Assembly: GCA_951406725.2 (NCBI GenBank)
Contig: OX597814.1
Location: 169,818,001 to 169,882,000 of the forward strand
DNA: 64,000 bases
DNA from: Octopus vulgaris
Taxonomy: Eukaryota
Reading direction: 5' to 3'
The notes beneath the pieces were generated by a model. That model was not told the DNA's origin. It did not search any database and was given only the letters and a program-made list of their open reading frames with translations. Below are positions 47,984 through 60,237 of this stretch, piece by piece. Made by a program: the position numbers and the translations under genes. The first letter of the stretch is position 1. Each line of letters starts with the position of its first letter.

Positions 47984-48248
47984 AATGTCATATTTTATAT
48001 TTGTTCTTGTTTCTAATTTTGATGTTTAGAATCATAGATCAGTAAAAGATTTCAGTTATATATTCCAGTGTGCTCCATAGTTAAGGTTGTTTCATGCATA
48101 ATACTCAAACACATGTATGAAGTAGAGACACATGATCACAAAGTAGAATAACATGATGGACAAGCAAGGCCTGTGGAAATTCTGCATTATACAAATTTCC
48201 TTGTATCTATTTTGATTCATAGTATTATTTCATTATGGATAAATGGAA

Positions 48249-48627
48249 GCACTCTGTCGGTTACGACGATGAGGGTTCCGGTTGATCCGAATCAACGGAA
48301 CAGCCTGCTCGTGAAATTAACGTGTAAGTGGCTGAGCACTCCACAGACATGTGTACCCTTAACGTAGTTCTCAGGGGTATTCAGCGTGACACAGAGAGTG
48401 ACAAGGCCGGCCCTTTGAAATACAGGTACAACAGAAACAGGAAGTAAGAGTGAGAGAAAGTTGTGGTGAAAGAGTACAGCAGGGATCACCACCATCCCCT
48501 GCTGGAGCCTCGTGGAGCTTTAGGTGTTTTCACTCAATAAACACTCACAACGCCCGGTCTGGGAATCGAAACTGCGATCCTACGACTGCGAGTCCGCTGC
48601 CCTAACCAATGGGCCATTGCGCCTCCA
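48249..48627 (-). mobile_element. SINE family E, full length
   Basis: Minus head ggaggcgcaatggcccattggttagggcagcggactcgcagtcgtaggatcgcagtttcgattccc. Confidence 0.88.
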
Positions 48628-48878
48628 CTATTTCATTATATTAAAGATTTCAATTCTGTCTTTGAATTCATTCCATAGTTAAATTTGCTTAAAGCACAAC
48701 AGTTGAACAGATGAATATTATGACAAATAGAATAACATAGGTTTCAAATTATGGCACAAAGCCAGCAATTTCAAGTGAGGGTATAAGTTGATTACATCAA
48801 CCCCAGAGTTCAACTGGTACTTGTTTTATTGATCACAAAAGGACAAAAGGCTAAGTCAGCCTCAGTGGACAAACAAAA

Positions 48879-49285
48879 GGTGGTGAGCTGACAGAAACGT
48901 TAGCATGCTGGGCGAAATGCTAAGCGGTATTTCGTCAGCCGTTATGTTCTGAGTTCAAATTCCACTGAGGTCAACTTTGGCTTTCATCCTTTCGGGATCG
49001 ATTAAAGAAGTACCAGTTACGCACTGGGGTTGATATAATCAACTTAATCCATTTTTCTGTCCTTGTTTGTCCCCTCTGTGTTTAGCCCTTGTGGGTAGAA
49101 AAGAAATAGGTATTTCGTCAGCCGTTACGTTCTGAGTTCAAATTCTGTCGAGATTGACTTTGCCTTTCATTCCTTTCGGGGTCGATAAATTAAGTACGAG
49201 TTACACACTGGGGTCAATGTAATCGACTTAATTCCTTTGTCTGTCCCCTCTATGTTTAGCCCCTTGTGGGCAGTAAAGAAATAAG
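48879..49285 (+). mobile_element. SINE family B with tandem duplication of its 3' part
   Basis: Second unit restarts at ggtatttcgtcagcc (~49109). Confidence 0.85.
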
Positions 49286-49292
49286 AAGAATA

Positions 49293-49520
49293 TTAACCCC
49301 TCAGCATTCAAACCATCCATATCAGGCCCAAATATTCTACTTGTTTTGTGTGTGAACTGACCAGCTCATGCCTCTCACAACTACCCTGCAATGTCATTCT
49401 AAAAGTAAACAAGCACATCATCAAAATACAAAGTTACAAGACAATGTATGATTAATTAAAATCAATGTGTATAAATAAGCTATATATTTGACAGACTAAT
49501 CTGAATACTAAAGGAGTAAT
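49293..49520. mobile_element. piggyBac-type MITE, degenerate
   Basis: TTAA-CCCCTCAGCATTCA ... TGAATACTAAAGGAG-TAA. Confidence 0.5.
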
Positions 49521-49588
49521 GATTGGCTGTGTATATGTGCACAGGAAAGGAAGATTCACTGGAATATCTTATTTTCAACATTGCTAGC

Positions 49589-49822
49589 TTAACCCTTTCG
49601 TTACCAACCCGGCTGAAACTGGCTCTGGCTCTGAGTACAAATGTCTTGTTTTTCATCAGTTTTGAATTAAAATCTTCCACCAAACCTTAGTCACAATTTA
49701 TGTTCCTAACACTAGCTTAATGACAACGAAGTTATTTTGCTAAATTCTTTGTTATATTTAAAGTACTTGAAAGAAACACAGAACATCTCAAAATAAATAT
49801 AGTAATGGTTAGAAAGGGTTAA
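49589..49822. mobile_element. piggyBac-type MITE
   Basis: TTAA-CCCTTTC ... GAAAGGG-TTAA. Confidence 0.8.
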
Positions 49823-49929
49823 TATGTTCCCTAAATGTTTTTAATGATGGTATTGAGAAATGACATGGGTCACAAAGAGACATTCTTCATCACACAACCA
49901 TGTCCGTATATATTAGGTTGCTTGGAAAA

Positions 49930-50300
49930 TACTCTTTTACTCTTTTACTTGGTTCAGTCATTTGACTGCAGCCATGCTGGAGTACTGCCTTTAGTCGAAC
50001 AAATTGACCCTAGGGCTTATTCTTTGTAAGCTTAGTACTTATTCTATCAGTATCTTTTGCCAAACTGCTAAGTTACAGGAATGTAAACACATCAAGTGAT
50101 GGTGGGGGGATGAACACAAACACACAAACACATACATATATACAATGGGCTTCTTTCAGTTTCCCTCTACCAAATCCACTGACAAGGCTTTGGTCGGCCC
50201 GAGGCTATAGTAGAAAACACTTGCCCAAGGTGCCACACAGTTGACTGAACACAGAACCATGTGGTTGGGAAGCAAGCTTCTTACCACACAGCCACTCCTG
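49930..50300 (-). mobile_element. SINE family A, full length
   Basis: All family modules present. Confidence 0.85.
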
Positions 50301-51644
50301 TCCAACTTTATGAAAACTTTTTTCAAATTCTATTTAAGATGTTATTTTCATAGTGTTTTAGATAAAATTTTACAAGCTTAATAATTGACGTGTACTCTTT
50401 AATAAATTTTTATTGATTTCTTTCAGTATATAATTTTGAAGCTTAAAATTCTTTAATTTCAAATATGAAAAAAAGAAGAAATATGTTTGCTTTTTTTGCA
50501 TGAATTTAAGCTTTCCATAATACTTTAATTTCATTAAAATATGTTCTGTAAACAATATATTTTAGAGGAGTTTTCTAATATAAACCCTACCTGCCTTTTC
50601 CTGTGGAGAAGGTTATTTTAAAATTCTGAAAAAATGTTTTAAAATCTTATTTTTTCTCACAAATTTATTTTGCCAACTCTTACACTTTCCAACTTGGCAT
50701 AGAGAACAAACAGTAATGTTCCCATTTCCTGCTAGAAAATTTTGGTTTAAAGTCATGCTTAGTCTTTTGGGGTTAAGGTTAGAGTTTAAGTTTAAGGTTC
50801 AGGGTCTAGGGCTAGGTTTTAGGATCAGGACATAAAGATTAAGGTTAGAGTTACATGGAGGAGGGAAATATTCAAAAGAAATTGACAAAAATTGTGATAT
50901 TTTAAACTCACAATTGTAATCTCTCCAGCAAAACCTAAAAAACATAATTTTTGTTTTCCAAAAAAATTTTAAATCAAAAAGGTTAGAGAGAGGATGTTTA
51001 TTGCTCAACTCTGTCATGTCCCAATGCATGGCACCTTGGGCAAGTGTCTTCTACTATAACTTCAGGACAACCAAAGCTTTGTGAGTGTATTTAGTAGATG
51101 GAAAGTGAAAGAAGCCCATCATATATATTTATATATTCATTTTTTTATAGTGCTAAAGAAACAATCAGTATCACTACAAACTAATGGCAGGAATTAGTGA
51201 TCACTAACTGTCCAATGTGCCATGCAAAGGCACCAACAGACCAAAGAAGAAGAATATATCTATGTGTGTGTGTGTGTATCTTTGCACCTGTGTTTGTACC
51301 CCCACTACTGCTTAGCAACTGCTCTTGGTTTGTTTACATCCCCATAATTTAGTGATTTAGCAAAAAGAGACTGATAGGATAAGCACTAAACTTTTTAAAA
51401 ATCCTGGGGTCAATTTGTTTGACTAAGACTCTTCAAAGCAGTGCTCCAGCATGGCCACAGTCAAATGACTGAGATAAGTAAAAAGTAAAAGATAAAAGAT
51501 TTCTTATCTATGTCTTGCAGCTCCTACTGATCATTGCCTCTTCTCCTTACTATGAGAAGGTGGGGCAGAGCAGAAACCTGCTCTACCTTATCTTCTCATA
51601 GTAATCCTCTAGGATTACTATGAAAAGGTGAGGAGCGGAAGTGT

Positions 51645-51812
51645 GGTAGGAGTGGCTGTAAGTAAGTAGCTTGCTTACCAGCCACATGGCTCCGGGTTCA
51701 GTCCCACTGTGTGGCACCTTGAGCAAGTGTCTTCTACTATAGCTTCGGGCCGACCAAAGCCTTGTGAGTGGATTTGATAGATGGAAACTGAAAGAAGCCC
51801 ATCGTATATATG

Positions 51813-51845
<33 letters not shown>

Positions 51846-52062
51846 TTGTGTAGGTGTGTATATGTTTGTGTGTCTGTGTTTGTCCCCCCACCATCACTTG
51901 ACAACTGATGCTGGTGTGTTTATGTCCCTGTAACTTAGCGGTTCGGTGAAAGGACTGATAGAATAAGTAGTAGTGCTACAAAAATAAGTCCTAGGGTCGA
52001 TTTGCTCAACTAAAAGGCGGTGCTCCAGCAAATGACTGAAAGAAGTAAAAGAGTAAAAGAGT
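51645..52062 (+). mobile_element. SINE family A, full length
   Basis: Head ggagtggctgtaag.., B box, CORE, TA/TG tract, 3' module and (agtaaaag)n tail. Confidence 0.85.
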
Positions 52063-52999
52063 AAACCCCCAAGCATGAAACTGATCCCCCTCCCCAGGGG
52101 TTGTAGTCCTGTAAACCGCATGGTGATCTCAATAGTATAAGTGGCATGAACAAAGCACCCAGTCCATGCTGTAAAATGATTGGCATTAGGAAGCAGGTAT
52201 TAGAACTTGATGCAGTACTTGGACATGCCATTTCCTGTCAAACTGTCCAACTCATGCTACCGTCAAATATAGACATTAAACGATGATGTATATACATCAA
52301 AAATATATTGACTGAGTTATCATGGTTGGAATGTGATTGTTTCATTTCTTTTTGCTATGGTTTATTGTAATTTGAGCAATAGTTTACAACCGGTATAACT
52401 GTGCTGTCAAAAATAATGTTATTTTACAAGAAATAATCTGACAAAACATACATTCTATATATTTGATATAGACTTGTAATGTATGAATAATAAAGATTTT
52501 ATTGAAAATACTTTGAAGGATTAGATCCAAAGAGAACAAGAAATGAGAACTTTTACATAAATCGTTTTAGTATTTTATTGACGTTAAATCAATAAAAACA
52601 TGTTTATTGTTGATTTTTTCTAACTAGTATTTTATTAAATGACAATAAAGAAAAGCAACTGCCATTCATGCGTATTGTAAAAAGATATTAATATTCATGA
52701 CTGAAAACAAGGAATGTAGAAAATTCTGTGGAATTTACTACCCACAGTTTAGTTATTCTTTTTTATTGATGACCAATAAAATCCCTTGAACATTTTCATT
52801 TCCAAAAGCAACACAGCTAACTCATAGCCTTCATCATAAGTTCTACCAATGAAGTATATGGTAAAAAAATTATGTAAACAATAGAATATATATATGAATA
52901 ATTTAGTAGGGCAGAAAAGATAACATACATACATATATATTCTTGGCACTCTGTCGCTTATGACGACAAGGGTTCCAGTTGATCCGATCAACGGAACAG

Positions 53000-54671
53000 C
53001 CTTCAGCTTTCTACTTTCTGGTTTTGAGAAGCTCAATTCCTCAAGATTAGTATTTAAGCAATGTGTTACATATCCCAGAGCTCCAATAATTACAGGTATA
53101 AACCTGAACTTGTAATCTGGATAAAATAACTGCAGATTTCTTAATAGTTCAGCATAGGTGTTCTCTTTTTTTCACTGGTCCTCAGCTTTATGTTAACATC
53201 CTCTGGGCAGTTGATTTCCACAACTGTACAGTTACTCTTCTCTATCCTAAATCATTATATCAGGTCTATTGTGTTTACATTTTACAGGGATTTTCACTGG
53301 GACATTCCACCAATACTTCTTTTTATTATGAGTTGCTATTGCTTCTACCATACTGTGGGTTCTTATTTCTTTGCCTTCGGGGTTATCTTTCTGATGGATT
53401 TCATTATATAATGTTCTAGCTACAACAGCATGTCTCATCAGTAGATAATACCATGATGACATTTTTGGACAACTGCTTATGATGTGGATAATATCTTCAG
53501 TGTTAACTCCACAAAATCTGTATCAGTTGTCACATTATGCTGCTTTTCCTGCATCTCCATCCCTTTTGTATATCAGATATTTGGTTGATATTTCCTGTTC
53601 CTGGATTGCAAACACATACCCTTCGAATGGGATGTAGTAATCTGGTTGTTGGTCCATGATAGACTGCTTTGATGATCAATATTACTATCATCTCGGAGAT
53701 TTCTAATAACATATCCATGCAAAGTCTTCTGCTCATATACGCACATCCTTTCATTTGATTATATATTAAAGAAGTCATGCAACTTCTTTGGGCATGTATT
53801 TAAGGTTATCAGACAAGGAATGCTGTTCAAGGATGTGCCTTTCATGTTGTATGATGTTATCAGCCTTATGTATACAAACTTGGTCAAGAGATGCACTTTG
53901 ACACTTGGTGGTTAAAACATGTTGCTGAAGGGATATGATATGACATTCAAAGGCAGTTTGAATCAATCTTAAGCCTCTGCTGACTTATTTTCTTTTTAGG
54001 TACAGGTGGTTTATATAATTGTTGATGTGGAAATTATGTGTGCTTGTTAGTATCTTCTGGGTTTTCACACCAATGGCTCAGATCTCATCAAATGTCCAGT
54101 CAAGCAGCCCAAATGTTGGTATGAGTATTGGCACTGCAAACACATTGTGGGCCAGTTTTATTGAATGCAAAGAGTTCCGAGGTCCAAATTTTCTTTATTT
54201 GACAGCAATATTCTTTTGTAATACATGTTTTGTTACAGTACCATTGTAAGATATGTTTTCATTCACCCCTAGATACCTGTAACATTCCATATTAGATGGA
54301 AGGGAAACTGTTAAGTCGTTGATAGAGATGTTAATAGTCTGGTTTACAGTTTTCTCCCTTTCGTGGTCATGTTTACAAAGTCAGAAAACAGCACAGCTCA
54401 CATGACTTTCGGAAACATTTTTTCACGCTAAGAGTTGCTGAAGTATGGAACAAACTGCTGGCATCAGTTGTTAGTTGTCGGAGCACTGCATCCTTAAAAA
54501 CTTCCATGCTTCCTGAGATTCGGCAACACTACACCTGATTTTCTCCATACACATGCAAGCATGTATCTGACTCGTACATTGTTCACTTCCCAGACATTTG
54601 TACATTACTGCATATGCTTTATACGCACTTTTGCCAAGTTGTGGTGCACCTGAGCACTGTATACAATAATT

Positions 54672-54726
<55 letters not shown>

Positions 54727-54847
54727 GCAACATTTATCCTGACCAGACTCCAACCCTACATCCTTTGAGGATGTTGTAACCCGGTCAAGGCTGTTTTTGA
54801 TCTCATGCATATTCTTTGCATATAGTTTCAAGTCATCCACAAAGAAA
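53000..54847 (-). mobile_element. R4-type RT-REL LINE, 5'-truncated and degenerate
   Basis: FVDDLKLYAK..VGLESGQDKC; YRYLGV; FCGVNTEDIIHIISSCPKM..RHAVVAR; YWWNVPV..KHNRPDIMI; IPVIIGALG. Confidence 0.85.
54361..54722 (+). mobile_element. CR1-type LINE 3' end nested in the R4 copy
   Basis: RGHVYKVRKQHSSHDFRKHFFTLRVAEVWNKL..VVSCRSTASLK plus 3' UTR and an (ATT)n tail. Confidence 0.8.
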
Positions 54848-54862
54848 CAGTGTGTATGTATG

Positions 54863-54921
<59 letters not shown>

Positions 54922-54954
54922 CTAAGCATGTAGCAACTTATGTTTGTGTGTGTA

Positions 54955-55130
54955 TATACAAGGACTGGTGCTATAAAACAGAAAACTACTACACATATCA
55001 ATTTAGCATTTAATCTTCTTTGAAGTCGTCCCCTTCTGATGCCGCACACTTTATTCAGCATTGTTTCCACTGATGAAAGCATTCCTAAGAACTACGTTTT
55101 TGTGATAGCAAGCTGCTGCCTTGTCCTATT
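54955..55130 (-). mobile_element. mariner 3' end fragment
   Basis: Minus: ECFHQWKQC*IKCAASEGDDFKED*. Confidence 0.6.
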
Positions 55131-55187
55131 CTCTGGCAGAAAACATTTAATTGGATTTGGTTGACAGAAACTGAAAGAAGCCTATTA

Positions 55188-55224
<37 letters not shown>

Positions 55225-55621
55225 ATACAATATGTTACATTACTCGGTAGTCAAGATAAAACTCTGAGTTTCAGATGCCGAAGTGGAAATCCACAACACC
55301 ATCTCTTCGGTTATCTGGCTATTTGAAAACGTTATGAAAAAATACCGTTAAAAATGAAGGGAAATTACTCTGTTATAACTCTGCTTTGCCTGCGTACTTA
55401 TACATCGCTCGCATTTTTCGTCATAAAAATTATATAAAAATACATAAAAATATATAAAAATATATAAAAATATATAAAATCTTCTTGGGACATAACACAG
55501 AAAGCATGTTCTATCCGTTTTCTTTAGGGGACCAAAAACGTAACAGAAATTTAGTCACATGTGGGCATGATCCGAAAAGCTCTGTCCTTGTATTTAGACA
55601 TGTGGTAGGGTCTAAGCTGCC

Positions 55622-56698
55622 CTCGCCTTAACAGCTAATACAAATGGACCAGCACAAGATCGTTTTAGGAAGGATATTATCCAGTTAATGAAACAATTCG
55701 GACTTAGTATAACTATAGACACTAACCTGACGGTTGTCAATTTCTTAGACGTTTCCTTAGATCTTAATAATAATATTTATAAGCCTTATAGGAAGCCCAA
55801 TGATAGACTAAGTTATATTAATGTAGGTTCATGCCATCCCCCTATAGTATTCAAAAATTTAGTTAAAAATATTAGTAAGAGGATTTCTAGCCTCTCATCT
55901 AATGAGGACATCTTCAATAGCGTTGCCCCAGTTTATAATAAAGCTTTAAAAGATAGTGGTTTTAGCGAAAAAATAAAATATACACCTATCACCAGCCCAA
56001 CAATAAGGAAAAGGAATAATAGAAATAGGAAGGTCATCTGGTTTACGCCCCCTTACTCACCCGAGGTGGCCTTCAATATAGGTAAATATTTCCTAGCACT
56101 GATAGATAGACATTTTCCAGTTAACCATGCTTATAGGAAACTCTTCAATAGACACAATTTAAAAATTAGTTTTAGTTCAACTACCAATTTTAAAAACATA
56201 ATCAATCATAACATACAAAAAACACAAGAAGAAAACAGCTGTTCATGCAGGAATAAAGAATTGTGCCCGCTAAATGGAGCTTGCATGTCCAAGACCATCA
56301 TATATGAAGCTACCGTAAACTCTATAACCACTAAAGACACCATTTCGACGAAGAAATACGTGGGCCTGACAGAGGGTAATTTCAAGGCCAGGTTCAATAA
56401 CCACACTTTGAGCTTTAGGCACTGGAACAAAAGAAAAGCGACACAATTATCCAATCATATTTGGTCTTTAAGAGATAAAGGTGTCGATTATAACATACAA
56501 TGGAAGATTTTGGCCAGATGTAAGCCCTATACTAACGGCAGCGGAAGGTGCGGTTTATGCGACATGGAGAGATGGCTTATCTGGAAAAGCAGCTTAGACC
56601 CTACCACATGTCTAAATACAAGGACAGAGCTTTTCGGATCATGCCCACATGTGACTAAATTTCTGTTACGTTTTTGGTCCCCTAAAGAAAACGGATAG
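55622..56698 (+). CDS. PLE polyprotein C-terminal part: RT C-terminus/thumb, Cys-rich linker and GIY-YIG endonuclease (5'-truncated)
   Basis: Open frame starting LALTANTNGPAQDRFRK (normally just after YRDDG); VNFLDVSL, YRKP..YI..SCHPP, IWFTPPYS, CSCR..CPLNGAC, IIYEA..YVGLTE..FKARF.NH, CGLC. Confidence 0.88.
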   Translation, partial: LALTANTNGPAQDRFRKDIIQLMKQFGLSITIDTNLTVVNFLDVSLDLNNNIYKPYRKPNDRLSYINVGSCHPPIVFKNLVKNISKRISSLSSNEDIFNSVAPVYNKALKDSGFSEKIKYTPITSPTIRKRNNRNRKVIWFTPPYSPEVAFNIGKYFLALIDRHFPVNHAYRKLFNRHNLKISFSSTTNFKNIINHNIQKTQEENSCSCRNKELCPLNGACMSKTIIYEATVNSITTKDTISTKKYVGLTEGNFKARFNNHTLSFRHWNKRKATQLSNHIWSLRDKGVDYNIQWKILARCKPYTNGSGRCGLCDMERWLIWKSSLDPTTCLNTRTELFGSCPHVTKFLLRFWSPKENG

Positions 56699-56892
56699 AA
56701 CATGCTTTCTGTGTTATGTCCCAAGAAGATTTTATATATTTTTATATATTTTTATATATTTTTATGTATTTTTATATAATTTTTATGACGAAAAATGCGA
56801 GCGATGTATAAGTACGCAGGCAAAGCAGAGTTATAACAGAGTAATTTCCCTTCATTTTTAACGGTATTTTTTCATAACGTTTTCAAATAGCC

Positions 56893-56955
56893 AGATAACC
56901 GAAGAGATGGTGTTGTGGATTTCCACTTCGGCATCTGAAACTCAGAGTTTTATCT
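56893..56955 (+). ncRNA. PLE pseudo-LTR hammerhead with U4C core variant
   Basis: AGAUAA-CCGAAGA-GAUG..CAUC-U-GAAA-CUC-A-GAG-UU-UUAUCU; mirror copy on minus at ~55254-55316. Confidence 0.6.
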
Positions 56956-57123
56956 TGACTACCGAGTAATGTAACATATTGTATAGATAAATTTCCTCTA
57001 TTTACATAATATTGAGGTCTCTTTCTTTCTTTTGTTATCTTACCGTTTTATCAATATATATATATATATATATATGAATGTGTGTGTGTTTGTTGTGTGT
57101 GTGTTTGTTGTGTGTGTGTTTGT

Positions 57124-57160
<37 letters not shown>

Positions 57161-57409
57161 GCATGTGCATGTGTGTGTATGCATGTGTATGTGTGCACAT
57201 GTGTGTGCTTGCCTGCATCTCTTTGTCATTATGTGATGGTTGTAAATGAGTATCACCTTCATACAAGCTGTATCACACGCTTTCAATCTTCTGTGAAAGA
57301 ATGTCCAGATATTGGGAAATATATCTCTTCATCTGGAAACGAGTGAAGGTTGGCAACAGATAGGGACTCTGCCTGTAAAAAAAAAAAATCTCCTCAACAA
57401 ACTTTTCCA

Positions 57410-57823
57410 TGAGTGGTTGTGTGGTAAGAAGTTTGCTTACCAACCACATGGTTCCGGGTTCAGTTCCACTGCATGGCACCTTGGGCAAGTATCTTCTAGT
57501 ATAGCCTCGGGCTGACCAAAGCCTTGTGAGTGGATTTTGTAGACAGAAACTGAAAGAAGCCCATTGTATATGTGTATATGTATATAATATGTGTGTGTGT
57601 GTGTTCGTCTCCCCCAACATTGCTTGACAATCAATGCTGGTGTTTTTACATCCCCGTAACTTAGCTTCCTTACCATAACCACAGCCCCAATACTTGAGTA
57701 TTAGGCTTACAAAGTACTAGGCTTACAAAGAATAAGACTTGGGGTTGATTTGCTCGACTAAAAGCGGTGCTCCAGCATGGCCAAAGTCAACTGGCTGAAA
57801 CAAGTAAAGGAGTGAAAGAGTAA
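57410..57823 (+). mobile_element. SINE family A, full length
   Basis: All family modules present. Confidence 0.85.
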
Positions 57824-57854
57824 CTCATGCAAACACAGAAAAGTAGCTGTTAAA

Positions 57855-57924
57855 ATGATAATGGTGATGGTGGTGGTGGTGGTGACAACCACCACGATGA
57901 TGATAATGATGGTGATGACGATGG

Positions 57925-57989
<65 letters not shown>

Positions 57990-58011
57990 CTGATGATGAT
58001 GATGATGATGC

Positions 58012-58064
<53 letters not shown>

Positions 58065-58107
58065 GTGATGACGATGGTGATGATGATAATGATGGTGATG
58101 ACGATGG

Positions 58108-58141
<34 letters not shown>

Positions 58142-58225
58142 AATGATGGTGATGACGATGGTGATGATGATGATGATGATGATGATGACAACGATGATGG
58201 CTATGATAAAACAATGATGATGACA
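57855..58225. repeat. (GAT)n trinucleotide tract with higher-order interruptions
   Basis: Long ATG/GAT run with repeated gtgatgacgatggtg blocks. Confidence 0.95.
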
Positions 58226-58559
58226 ATTGCAGAATCAGCAACACAGAAGAGAATCCATACTTTTCCATCAGCAGTCCTAAAATCGCTGACATGTTCAGCA
58301 ATTGCTGACTGAATTGAAAAATCATTTGCTGATTATCTCTGCCACAGTTTAAAACTCTACGTGTTATCTTCTTTCAGGTTCACTTCTATGCCATTATCTC
58401 ATTTCTTGTGCGTGACCCTCAAATAATAAAACATTAACACAAAAGAAATTTGTTGAACGTTATTTCTACATTTTTATATCACTGAATTTCAAGTCGTCGT
58501 CGTTGTTGCCGATGTCATTGTCATCATCGTCATTATCATTATCACCATCATCATCATCA

Positions 58560-58945
58560 TCAGTGGTAGTGTAAGTGGTGGAAGTGGTGGTGGCAGAGAC
58601 AGAGACTGGAAGGGTGGCAGTGGCTGCAGTAGCAGAAGCGATGGTAGTGGCAGTAGCAGTGGAAGTGGCAGTAGCAGTGGAAGTGGCAGAAGCAGCAGTA
58701 ACAATAGCAGAGGCAGCAGTGGCAGCAGCAATAGCAATGGCAGCGGTGGCAGCAGTTGCAGCAATGGCAGAAGCAGCAGCAGCACTGAAAGCAGCAGTAG
58801 CAGTGGAAGCAGTGGAAGCAGCAAAAGCGGAAGCAGCAGCAGCAGAAGCAGTGGAAGCAGAAGCAGCGGAAGCAGCAGTAGCTGTCGAAGCAGCGGCAGC
58901 AGAAGTAGTGGCAGCAGTGGAAGAAGCAGCAGCAGCGACAGCATC
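58560..58945. repeat. degenerate (GCA/GTG/GTA)n trinucleotide tract
   Basis: Purine-rich triplet-periodic tract, largely free of stops because of its composition. Confidence 0.8.
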
Positions 58946-58974
58946 ATCATTATCATGGTCATCATTGATTTCGT

Positions 58975-59368
58975 ACTCTTTACTCTTTTATTTGTTTCAG
59001 TCAGTTGACTGCGGCCATGCTGGAGCACCGCCTTTGGTTGAGCAACTCGACCCCAGGACTTATTCTTTGTAAGCCCAGTACTATTCTATCAGTCTCTTTT
59101 GCCGAACCGCTAAGTGACGGGGATATAAACACACCAGCATCGGTTGTCAAGCAATGCTAGCGGGACAAGCACAAACATACATGCACACACACATATACAT
59201 ATATATGATGGCTTTCTTTCATTTTCCGTCTACCAAATCCACTCACAAGGCTTTGGTCGGCCCGAGGCTATAGTAGAAGACACTTGCCCAAGGTGCCACG
59301 CAGTGGGACTGAACCCAGAACCATGTGGTTGGTAAACAAGCTACTTACCACACAGCCACTCCTGCGCC
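58975..59368 (-). mobile_element. SINE family A, full-length young copy
   Basis: Minus head ggcgcaggagtggctgtgtggtaag..gggttcagtccc; CpGs retained. Confidence 0.9.
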
Positions 59369-59534
59369 TCATCTTCACATTTCCAAGCTTGTGTGGATTG
59401 AACTGAGCTGATTTTCTACAGCTGGATGCTCATCCTGTTAGCAACCCTCACTTGTTTACATACATACATACATGCATACTTGCAAGCATGCATATATAAA
59501 TACATACATGCATGTATACATACACACACACATA

Positions 59535-59930
59535 CATGATGGTCATCCACTCGTGACCGAGGAAGACCATTGCTGACCTTTAAGAACATTGTGCGCTCTA
59601 GGACATTTGCAGCTCCATTGGTGGCTAATGAGCCCTGCTCTTGACAAGCATACACAACTGCAAACATTGAAAGTCAAGCTTTTCACATTCACTATGCAAG
59701 CAATATGCTTTTGAGCAGCACACTTAAATTCTTCATGAAGAATACATGCTCTCTCAAAGGTGTCAACTACCTCCTTAATCTGCTTCCTCCATCTGTAGTG
59801 ATGACAGGCATTGCTCTCCTAGTCAGCCTCCTGCATATCACAGGCCTTTAATGAGGACTTGACACAGTCCTTAAATTGCAGTCTTGGTTTCTGCAAGGGT
59901 CTCTTTCCACTAGCAAGTTTTCCATATAGC
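59535..59930 (-). mobile_element. RTE (BovB-like) LINE 3' end
   Basis: MLYGKLASGKRPLQKPRLQFKDCVKSSLKAC..WRKQIKE..CSCVCLSRAGLISH. Confidence 0.75.
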
Positions 59931-59934
59931 ATAT

Positions 59935-60237
59935 ATACATACACACATGCATGCATACATACATACATACATACATACATACATACATACATACATACAT
60001 ACATGCATGCATACATGAATGAATGCATACATACATACATATATACATACTTATGTACCTATATACCTACGTACATGCATGCACGCATACATACATGCAT
60101 GCATACATACATACATACATACATACATACATACATACATACATACATACATACATACATACATACATACATACATACATACATACATACATACATACAT
60201 ACATACATACATAAATAAATAAATAAATAAATAAATA
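59935..60237. repeat. (TACA)n then (TAAA)n microsatellite
   Basis: Tetranucleotide runs. Confidence 0.95.

Larger units (their letters stand above)
55220..57054 (+). mobile_element. young Penelope-like element, 5'-truncated with a 401-bp inverted duplication of its 3' part
   Basis: 55220-55620 is the reverse complement of 56589-56989 (no mismatch seen); 65-nt unique tail; (TA)n on both sides. Confidence 0.92.

Noticed and set aside
48540-48627. tRNA gene
   Set aside because: The tRNA-like head continues into a multicopy SINE body and lacks a proper acceptor stem and terminator.
58262-58309. Possible 48-nt minus-strand exon (SAIAEHVSDFRTADGK) with AG/GT ends
   Set aside because: Such splice-like matches are expected by chance; no neighbouring exons support it.
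57825-58325. 166-aa poly-His ORF and overlapping poly-Met/Ser ORFs
   Set aside because: Translations of a (GAT)n microsatellite; no domain or convincing splice context.
58489-59072. Ala/Glu-rich and Leu/Pro-rich ORFs
   Set aside because: Degenerate trinucleotide tract lacking stops by composition; the ORF runs into a SINE.
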